The position numbers and the translations under genes are program-made. From Blastocladiella emersonii ATCC 22665 (Eukaryota; Fungi; Blastocladiomycota): a DNA stretch of 64,000 nucleotides. Numbering within the stretch: position 1 is the first letter of the stretch; each line of letters begins with the position of its first letter. Below are positions 38,401-47,464 of the stretch, piece by piece. The notes below the pieces were generated by a model, which was given only the letters and a program-made list of their open reading frames with translations, was not told the DNA's origin and did not search any database. The stretch covers positions 4,340,001 through 4,404,000 of the forward strand of contig JANHCV010000001.1 of NCBI GenBank assembly GCA_025594325.1. Direction: 5' to 3'.

Positions 38401-38736
38401 CTCGTCGATTTCGTCGCCGGGCTCGAGGCGCTCCTCGCCACCCAGACGCCCGAGGAGGTCGCGTTCCACCAGGCGTACGCCAAGGCTGTGGCCAAGAAGG
38501 TGGTCGGGGCGTGGAACGCGAAAGATGTCGCGAAGGCGTGCGAGTACGTGCACCGCAAGATCGCCAAGACGCTCGCGGACCCGGGCGTCATTGACCAGGT
38601 GTGGGAGCTCGCGCAGCGCGAGCTCGAGCGCGTCCACGAGCGCACCGAGCGCGTCTGCTTCGCCGTGTACCTCGGCGAGGTCGAGGTCGAGTTCACCGCC
38701 GCGGATGTGAGGACGGCGTGTGCGCAGCTCAAGTAA
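35497..38736 (+). CDS. SEC3: Exocyst subunit Sec3/EXOC1, ~979 aa; exons 35497-35590, 35653-35825, 35884-36040, 36097-36198, 36260-37455, 37519-38736
   Basis: The N-terminal PH-like domain (RYLCLT..KVK..KSW) is followed by LNW..ERKLQQELVQLESDNIHALIE, IQDRNRVSQANARNQARL, REQNFVVGFF and LENAMYL..KLVDFVAG. All five introns are canonical and in phase. Confidence 0.88.
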
Positions 38737-38750
38737 TATATTGTTGTGCG

Positions 38751-39791
38751 TTACTCGTCCGGAATCAGCATGCGCAGCGTCACGGACGTCCGCGGCGCGC
38801 GGCGGAACGAGCACCACTGGGTCCCCGCGTCGTCGAGCGGCCAGTATTCGACGGCCGTCTCGCGGATCCCGTGCCGCCACTCCCACCGCGCGTCGGCCTC
38901 GAGCAGCAGCAGCGACCCCGGCGTCAGCAGGACCCGCGTCCACATGGGCGTGACCCAGTGGATCGACGGCGCCGCCGAATCGACGAGCGACGTCGGGTCG
39001 CTGAGCTCGGTCACGGTCGGCGACCCGATCGCCACGTCCGCGAGCGAGACTGCCGGGAACCGCGGGCCGTCGTACCCGCCCGCGGCCGCAGCGTCGCTGC
39101 CGCCGCGCAGCAGGTCCATGACCAGCGTGCTGCGGAAACTGAGTACCGCAACACCGTCCGCGAACCGATTCAGGTCAACGTGCGGCGTCAGGCCAGCGCC
39201 CGGCGGGTACGTGTTGAGGATCATCTGGTCGAACCGGAAGTCGGCGCCGCGGTTGGCGGGGGCCTCGAAGCGCGACTGCACGCGCGCGCCCACGTCCGAG
39301 ATCCACGCGGGGAGGCCCGCGGCGCGGGTCGGGGCAAAGTACATGGCCTGGTTCGGCTTCGCGGTCACGGTGGGGGCGGCGGAGTCCGTCGTAGCTTCGG
39401 CAGAGGAGGACTCGGTCAGTGTGGCAGCGTCAGCGGCGGGCTCGTTCGGCGGGTCATCGGCGAGAAGGTGCGGGTACTGCGTGCCGAGGCCCGCGAGCAC
39501 CTTGGCCTGCTCGTCGGGCGTCAGGAAGCGCGGGAAGAACCGCAGGCCGTGGACCGAGTTCGAGGGGTCAAACTCGTAGTCGCTGTCGTCCGAGTCGCCG
39601 CCAAACAGCGCATAGTAGTCGGCGGCAGAGATCTGCGGAAAGACCTGCACGCCGCGAGGGGAGAGTCCGGCTTCGGCGTGCTCGCTCCTGGCCTCGTCGA
39701 GCTCGTTGTCCGAGTCGTCGGAGCTGTCGACGAGAGCGCGGGCAACAAGGTCGTCGAAGTGAGCGCGTCTTAGAAGTTCGTCCAGATCCAT
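38751..39791 (-). CDS. AlkB-like 2OG-Fe(II) dioxygenase, 346 aa, intronless
   Basis: FDQMILNTYPPGAGLTPHVD (HxD), LTPGSLLLLEADARWEWRHGI (distal His) and RTSVTLR (RxxxxxR). Confidence 0.88.
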   Translation of the reverse strand: MDLDELLRRAHFDDLVARALVDSSDDSDNELDEARSEHAEAGLSPRGVQVFPQISAADYYALFGGDSDDSDYEFDPSNSVHGLRFFPRFLTPDEQAKVLAGLGTQYPHLLADDPPNEPAADAATLTESSSAEATTDSAAPTVTAKPNQAMYFAPTRAAGLPAWISDVGARVQSRFEAPANRGADFRFDQMILNTYPPGAGLTPHVDLNRFADGVAVLSFRSTLVMDLLRGGSDAAAAGGYDGPRFPAVSLADVAIGSPTVTELSDPTSLVDSAAPSIHWVTPMWTRVLLTPGSLLLLEADARWEWRHGIRETAVEYWPLDDAGTQWCSFRRAPRTSVTLRMLIPDE

Positions 39792-40303
39792 GGTTGGTGA
39801 GGCGGGGGCGGGGTGGGGAGAGAGAACCGCGCGCGGAGGGATCGTCGCTATTTCCGTTCGGTCAGGCCTGCCGAAGCATGTGGCGCAGCAGCAGCAGCCA
39901 AGTCACACTGGCGCCTCGCACCGCGGCGAACGGAGACGCGCGTCTCCCGCGCGACAGCACGCATCGCTGCCTTGATCCATACCGGATTTGGAGGCACAAT
40001 ATCGCCCATCTGAGATGCGCACCTTGCCGAGCACAATGTGCCCCACGATCGTGCTGCGGAGCCTGCACCGAGCCCTCGCGCCACAACGTTGTGTGTGTGC
40101 GAACGGAACGGGCCGACGCGTGCCTGCGCTGTCTCCCCCGAGGTCCCCTGTCTCTTGCTCCGCTCTACACGCAGCCTCGTACACTCTAGCACCCAACACG
40201 CAACCGACGCATCGCATCGGCCCTCGATCCTCTGTCCCGGCTATCTGGACTGCACCCACGCATCTCGCAACGGAACCCTGCCGCCTACTACTCCTCGACC
40301 ATC

Positions 40304-41182
40304 ATGTCCGTGGCCACCGCGGCCGCCACGGCCACGGCCACCCCGCCCACGCAGGACATTCTCTTCCTCGGCCCCTCGCTCGTCGCGGGCACCGTCGGGA
40401 TCAACTGGGTCAAGCTGCTGGGCGAGCGCATCGCCAAGGAGCGCGGGCCGACGTGGCGCATTCTCAACTACGGCGTCAACGGCGCTCAGATCCCCGTGGT
40501 CATTGACCAGGTCAACTCGCGCACCATGATCCCGCGCACCATCAAGCCCGTCGCCGTGGTCGTCGTGATCGGGACTAACGACCTGCTGCTGACGCTGCCC
40601 GACTTTGCCAAGAACTCGAGCTACGACAAGATGGTCACGGCGCGCAAGGGCCGCCCCGCGGCCAGCCCGCTCACCTTCGAGAACGAGATCATGGAGCTGA
40701 CCGAGGCCATCATCGCGCGGTTCGGCGACATCCCCATTGGCCTCGCCGACCTGCCGCCGCTCGGCGAGAACCTGGCCAGCGCCATCAACGACCAGGTCAA
40801 GAACTACAACGCCATCCTCGAGCGCGTCCACACCAAGCTGCACCGGCCGCGCGTGTTCCCCGTCGCGATCCACGACCCCCTCGCCGCGCTCGTCGCCCAG
40901 AGGTACACGGCTAAGTCGCCGCCGCCCGCGTCCGCCTCGGACATCAACCACATCCTCAACGTGCAGCGCATGGTCTCGCTCTACCTCAAGTCGTCCATCA
41001 CCTTCGGACTCGTCTCGTACAACTGGCTCGGCGAGCGCAGCGGCTTCTACGCGTCGTGCGACGGCGTCCACCTCAACGAGCGGTCCGCCGCTATCGTCGT
41101 CGACGTGGTCGCGGCGGCCCTCGACGAGCATGTCCTCGGCCGTAGGAAGACGGAGTCGGTGGTCAAGGGTAGTGGGGCGTGA
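40304..41182 (+). CDS. SGNH/GDSL hydrolase (lipase/esterase), 292 aa, intronless
   Basis: Block I FLGPSL (GDS variant), block II NYGVNG, block III IGTNDL and block V DGVHLN (DxxH). Confidence 0.8.
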   Translation: MSVATAAATATATPPTQDILFLGPSLVAGTVGINWVKLLGERIAKERGPTWRILNYGVNGAQIPVVIDQVNSRTMIPRTIKPVAVVVVIGTNDLLLTLPDFAKNSSYDKMVTARKGRPAASPLTFENEIMELTEAIIARFGDIPIGLADLPPLGENLASAINDQVKNYNAILERVHTKLHRPRVFPVAIHDPLAALVAQRYTAKSPPPASASDINHILNVQRMVSLYLKSSITFGLVSYNWLGERSGFYASCDGVHLNERSAAIVVDVVAAALDEHVLGRRKTESVVKGSGA

Positions 41183-41549
41183 TACAATAGAAGCCGTGTA
41201 CTTGACTCTGTCTGATCGGAGGGCTCGCGTGGTCCGGGTCGGAGGGCTCGCGTGCGTCGGGGGTCGGCCACGGAGAGGATGAACGCCGTCAAGCAAAGCG
41301 CGCGGTCACGGCCATCACGTTGCTGCAGGTCGCCTACGCTCGATCCATAGCACGTGTAGGTCAGCAAGAGCGTGGGCCGAATGGACTGGTTGGTCGGGCC
41401 GTGAAGGGTGGACGAGCGAGGTCGGCGCTGCCAACTGTGGCTGAACGCCTCACACGTGTGTTACTCTTCGTTTGCGTTGCGACTCGGGCTCAGAGTTGAG
41501 TTCGTCGCCTTCGCCTGCTCGCTCTCTCGTCCCACGACACGTTAACACA

Positions 41550-42592
41550 ATGGGCAGGTGTCCTTTTACCCTTGCCGCGCGCCGCCGCCGCACCATGAAT
41601 CATTCCCCGCATTTTGCGAAGCCGCCGACCGCCGCAGCGCCATGAAATCGACTTTTTTCGACCGCCAACGACGACTGCGACGCTGTCGCCACGCTGGACC
41701 ATCCGTGGAACGGACCCCTGCATCTCCGCTGAGCTGTGGAGGAGCGTTACTCGGCGTTTCCGTCACGGCCACGGGCGAAACGCAGGCTGTTTTGCGGATG
41801 GTTCTGCGTGACCACCGAAACGCCTCACGCCGTCACGCCGCCCAAAACGCCGTCACTGTGCCGCTTCCGGTGACGCTACCCGCCTCGCTATCACGCCCCT
41901 GCGCTCGTCGTCCCGGCGGAATGATTCATGCGCGTCGAGCGGCGCGCTCGATTTCGTGCTCCCGAACGTTTTTCTAACGTTGCACCCGTTGCCGACCTCC
42001 AGGTAAGCCTCGTGGTCTGAACGCCGCCCGCACTCTGCGCAACCGCCGCCGCGACCAGCGCTGGGCCGACAAGCAGTACAAGAAGCGTGCCCTCGGCACT
42101 GCCTTCAAGTCGTCGCCCTTCGCCGGTGCCTCGCACGCCAAGGGTATCGTCCTTGAGAAGATGTGCGTTTCTTCCGCCCGCTCGAATTGCTGCCTTTTGG
42201 GACACGCGAAACTGACGCACGATCGCCCTCCTCGTCCCGCCGCGCAGTGGTGTTGAGGCCAAGCAGCCCAACTCGGCCATTCGTAAGTGTGTCCGTGTCC
42301 AGCTCATCAAGAACGGCAAGAAGATCACCGCCTTCGTCCCCAACGATGGTTGCCTGAACTACATCGATGAGAACGTACGTTTCTCGCCCGCTCGCTCGAC
42401 CTTCTCCTGTCCCGAACGCGACGCTGATGTCTCACCCCGCTCCCCTCACAGGACGAGGTTCTCATCGCCGGTTTCGGTCGCAAGGGTCGCGCCGTCGGTG
42501 ATATTCCCGGTGTCCGCTTCAAGGTCGTCAAGGTCTCGGGTGTCTCGCTCCTGTCGCTGTACAAGGAGAAGAAGGAGAAGCCCCGTTCGTAA
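41550..42592 (+). CDS. RPS23: 40S ribosomal protein S23 (uS12), 143 aa; exons 41550-41553, 42003-42162, 42248-42374, 42452-42592; first intron is GC-AG
   Basis: [73 protein letters not shown]. The spliced length is 432 nt. Confidence 0.96.
41577..41947 (+). promoter_or_regulatory. Long-range inverted repeats closing RPS23 intron 1
   Basis: 41594-41606 CATGAATCATTCC is the exact reverse complement of 41918-41930; 41577-41585 GCGCGCCGC is the exact reverse complement of 41939-41947. The two stems are nested with an 8x8 internal loop. Confidence 0.8.
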
Positions 42593-43374
42593 GCTGTTCG
42601 CTGTCGGACGCACCCTCGCCCTCGCGGCGGCGCGGCGCGACTGTCGTTCCAATATAAGCATTTCACCGAGGCCCTCCTGCCTTGCGTTTGTTGTGCTCAT
42701 CACCGTCGTAGCTGTCCGCGCCGGCCTCGGTCCGCGTTGACCGAGCGGCCAGGGTCCGATTCGTGAGGACATGAACTGGCACTCGACCGAGTGCGGGATC
42801 ACACGCGAGCAGAAGATCAAGTTCATCGGGCGGGCCAGAACGCGTGTCTCGCACCCGTGTCTCAGGTCACGCGGACAGTGCGAGACGCGTCGCGCGACGC
42901 GTTTTTCGCGCGCGCGTGTTGACCACCTCGAGCCCAGTCTTTGTGGACCCGCGCTATATTGTGCGAGAGCGCGCACTCGGTGCAACGCGATCGTCTCTCA
43001 TACTGCTTGCCTACGAGTAATGGAAGGGGGGACCGTCGCCTTGTGCGCCCAATGTAATCCACCGCAACTAAACTGATCGAAGCCCGTGACGAGACGAAGC
43101 GCTTTCCGCCCGCCACCGTGGCTGTATCGATTACCTCCGCCCGTCGCCCACACCCCGCACACTCTGGCACACCGCGCGTCAATCTACCTCTACCCACATG
43201 CGCATCGAGTGTTCTGCTGCACCCCTGGCCTGCCGACTTCCTGCATCCTGAGCAGCCGCCACTCCACCGCACTCTGTCCCTGGTCGCAGTCCACTACGAC
43301 CAACTCGTGCTCCACAACATCTCGGCCTCGCGGCGGGCACTCGCACCCGATCTACATCTCGTCGACCGACCACC

Positions 43375-45853
43375 ATGGCCAAATTCGTGAGCCGCCTCCT
43401 GTCCGCGCGCGGCGGCGCCATGGGGGACCTTGAGCCTCGCGCCGAGGGCGAGGTCGTACGCCGGTCCAACCAGTCGCTCGCCATCTCCAACACGGACCTC
43501 TCGGGCGGCGGCGGCGGCGGCGGCGAGACCATTGCGCACGGCGGCGGCGTCAAGATCGTGGTCAGCGGACCAAGTCTGCGCAGCCTCACGACGCCCAGCA
43601 TGAACGCTCTCAACGACCGCTCGCCGACCGAGGTCGCGCAGGTCACCTTTGACTACTCGCGCTTTCGGCTCGTCTGGTCCGTTTCCGCGGCGCGGTCGTG
43701 TGTGTGATGCGCTCGCTCATGCGTTCATTCGTCGTGTAGTGGCGTCGAGTATCCCATCGCAGCGGCGCTCGTACCCGACAAGCCGGTCCAAACGATTGTA
43801 CGGCAACACATCCCTCGCGAACCGACCACCGCTGACCGCTCGCGGTCGTGTAGGACCAGGCGCACGAGACTCCGATCCTCAGTCTCGGTCTGTCCAACTC
43901 GGGCATGCTCATGGGCACTGGCTCGACCACGGGCCAGCTCGCCGTGTGGAGCTTCAGCGACGGCTCCAAGCTCATGACGCTCGAGTGCGACGTGCCCGGC
44001 CCCGAACCCACGGGCTTCGCGCGCGTCATCAAGCCGTTCCGCCGCGCGTCGGTGACGGGCACTGTCGGCCAGGACCGCTCCCGCGGCGCGACCGCGCCGA
44101 GTTCCGCGACCACGAGCCCGTTCGGCAGCTCGACGCTCTCATCCAACCCGGGTTCCGTCACCTCGATCCAGCCTCTTCCACCACCGGCCACGTCCATGGC
44201 CGCGGCTGCCGCGGCCGCGACGGCAGCGTTTCGCGCATCGACCATCGCCGAGGAGTCGAGTCCGCCTGGCACGTTCTCGCGGCCGACTGGCAGCGAAAGC
44301 TCGTCCATTGGCGGCAGTACGCCTGACAACCTTGAGGCCGACGACATGGTGCCCTCGAACGGCGCACGTCCGAGCTCGGCCTCTGTCTCGAGCAGCTCGC
44401 GCGGCGAGTCCCCGACGGGCTCGGGCTCGGTGCGCCCTGAGTCGGCCGGCGGGTCCGGGTCGCGCCTCAGCCTCACCGAGCGCTGGCGGCGGCGGCGCCA
44501 CTCGACGGCCGAGGCCACGCTGCACATTGGCCGGTCGCGCGTCGGGTCGGTCGCAGGCGAGTCCGGCGCGGGTCAGGACCGACGTGATTCGAGTGCATCG
44601 TCGCCGTTTCCAATGGTCGCGCGGCCGGGCGTCTATGCCATCGCGTTCTCGGCCGACGACGCGTATCTCGCGTGCGCTGTCGCGTCCATTTCGGCCGGCC
44701 ATGTCATTCACGTTTGGAAACTCGCCAGTCGGCGACTCAAGGTACGAGACTCGTCGTTGGGTGCAGTCAATCGCGGTCGCTAACGCATCGCACGTGTCGC
44801 GTAGGCAACGCTCAAGGGACACACGATGCGCGTGAACGCGGTGCAGTTCCTGAACGAGCCCGTAGGGTCCGCGGACCTGGTACGTAGCGCTTGACACTCG
44901 GTCGAAGTCCGCTTTTGCTCACACGATGGCCGTCATTCCAGATCTCGGCGAGCAGCGACGGCACGATTCGGTTCTGGGATCGAGCTCGAGGCCGAGGTAC
45001 GCCTGCTCATCATTTCACTCATCACGATCCTCGCTCACTCGTACGCGCGCGGCAACACTTAGACCATGGCATTCTGACAACGGGTTCGGCGGTTATGGAC
45101 TTTTCGCTGCTCCAGCGCGACTTGCTCATCACGGCGCAGTACAGCGGCGAGGTCCAGGGCTGGTCGCTCATCCAGCAGACCAAGCTGTGGTCGGTCGCGG
45201 ACCCGTTCCAGTCGTCGCCTGTCCTCGCCGTTATCCCCGGTCCAGGTACGTCGGATCGAGGTTGCACCGTTGATTTGCGCTCACCCCTTGATTTCGCGTG
45301 TGCTAGGCGATGCGTTCCTCTCGTTCAGCAAGGACGGCATCGCGCGCATGTTCTCGCTGGCCGATCTCACCGTCGTGAGCGAGTTCACGTACGTTTTTTT
45401 TCGTCTCGGGTCCACGACCCATCGCTGAACTGACCGTGTTGCATCGAGTAGACATTCGTCTTTGCGCAAGTCATCCAACTTTACGCGAATGTGCCTGAGG
45501 TGCGTTGCGGGTGCCGCGTCATGATCGAGTCGTGTCACTCACGTACGCATGTCTGCTCGTAGCGCCGACTTTGGCGTCCTCGCGGTCGGGTGTACGGACG
45601 GGTCGATCATTCTTTGGGACCTCGCAAGGACAACGCTCCTTGCCATCGTCAAGCAGCACAAGTACGTGCCGCGCGCTACTCTCAACTCCCATGACACGCA
45701 TGCTAACCGCTCTCCTGTAGTCTCAAAGTCAGCGGGCTCATCTGGAACCTCGGCGGCAACCTCCTGTCCACGTCCGAAGACCGCAAGCTCATCATCTGGG
45801 ATGGAAGGGAAATCGGGACCCAGTTCCTCAGCTCCCAGGTGGGCGACTTTTGA
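43375..45853 (+). CDS. Multi-exon WD40-repeat protein with Ser-rich insert, function unknown
   Basis: Repeats GTGSTTGQLAVWS, IHVWKL..LKGHTMRVNAVQF, ISASSDGTIRFWD, LAVGCTDGSIILWDL and LLSTSEDRKLIIWD, joined by canonical short introns. Confidence 0.8.
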
Positions 45854-46099
45854 CACTTTGGCGCCAGTGTGTGAATACAATTGTGATCTACCAACCTCGA
45901 AACGCGAACGGCGGCGCGACACGGAACTGTCTCGCGGCGGTGTCTCGCGTTGAGGCGGCGCCACGCTTCACGTGCACCCAGCGCCACTTGGTCGCCGCCT
46001 ACCGCCCTGCCCACGGCCTGCTCGCGGCCGCCTCAGATCGCGGCCGCCGCTCGTTACCTGTTCCGTCTCTGCGATAACGTCCATCGAGCGCTAAACAAC

Positions 46100-47290
46100 A
46101 TGGTATTTTGCCATCCCATGAATCGACACATGCACCCGCGGGCGGGAGGCGCATGAATGCCGTCCCGCTCCGCCACCGATTGTCGCGGCCCGAGGAACGC
46201 TGCGGCGACGCTCGGGCCGCCCGCCTCGCGAGGAAGTGGTGGAACGGTTGCGCGCTCGCCTCACACGACGGGGTGAGCACACCGGTCCATCCACCTCCCT
46301 GCCCGTTTGAACGCAAAACGGCGCCTCGCCTTGTTTCGGGGCGACGGCGCCGAATTTTCCGTCCCGCAACGAAGCGCCCGTTCGGCGTCCTGCTGTCCGG
46401 CGCGCGAGTTGCCGCGCTGGAGAAATCCGGCGCGGAGGGATAGCGCACGAGGCTGCACACGGACTGCTGCCGACGACGACGACGACGGCAACCGCACACA
46501 CGGCGGTGACCGCCTCGGTTGCATTGCGGCGTTCCGGCGCCCGTGCGTGTGTGCTGGACGTCTGCCGTCGTCGGCACGCAATCGCGTCCGTGTGCACGGC
46601 AATCGAGCTGGCGAGTGGGAAGGATTCGCGCACGTTGACCGCCCGTCCGCGGGTGTCGTGTGTGTGCAATCTGGACTGCGATTTTTCTTCGAGCCAGCGC
46701 CACTTACACTTTGCCTCGTTTTCCTCGCTCTGCAGGGTATCGACATCAAGAACCACCACGTCAAGAAGACGCAGCGCACCGAGGCTGCCTCGCGCAACCC
46801 CTACCTGCTCCTCCTCGTGAAGCTGTACAAGTTCCTCGCCCGCCGTACGGACTCGTCGTTCAACAAGGTCGTGCTCCAGCGCCTGGTCAAGTCCAAGATC
46901 TACAAGCCCCCCGTCTCGCTCTCGAAGCTCGCCGTCGAGATGAAGGGCCGTGAGGACAAGATCGCCGTTGTCGTTGCCCCCATCACCGACGACGTGCGCT
47001 TCCACGCCGTCCCCAAGCTCACCGTCGCTGCCCTGCGTTTCACCGCCTCGGCCCGCGCCCGCATCGTCAAGGCCGGTGGTGAGGCCATCACCCTCGACCA
47101 GCTCGCCCTCCGCGCCCCCACCGGCGCCAACACGGTCCTGCTCCGCGGCACCCGCAAGCGCGAGGCCGTCAAGCACTTCGGCAAGGCCCCCGGTACCCCC
47201 GGCTCGACCGCCAAGCCCTACGTCCGCTCCAAGGGCCGCAAGTTCGAGCGCGCTCGTGGTCGCCGTGCCTCCCGCGGTTACCGCAACTAA
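46100..47290 (+). CDS. RPL18: 60S ribosomal protein L18 (eL18), 185 aa; exon 1 is the ATG only (46100-46102); intron 46103-46735
   Basis: [74 protein letters not shown]. Confidence 0.96.
46126..46663 (+). promoter_or_regulatory. Long-range pairing of the ends of RPL18 intron 1, plus an internal long hairpin
   Basis: 46133-46141 CACCCGCGG pairs with 46647-46655; 46126-46132 pairs with 46657-46663 (one G:U, one bulge). Internally, 46454-46464 pairs with 46586-46596 and 46468-46478 with 46566-46576 (both perfect 11 bp). Confidence 0.75.
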
Positions 47291-47464
47291 GCAACTGCTC
47301 CTCGAGCTCTCGCCTGCGTTGCCGTACCCCATGGTGGCAGTCCGTGGTCGTTATGTTCGGAGCTGCTGTAATACACTCTGGACCTCCTCGATCGGGACTC
47401 CTTTCAAGGAAAAACAAACCGTTCATTCTCGTCTCGTTGAACATGAGTCAGTTGCTCTCGCTCG

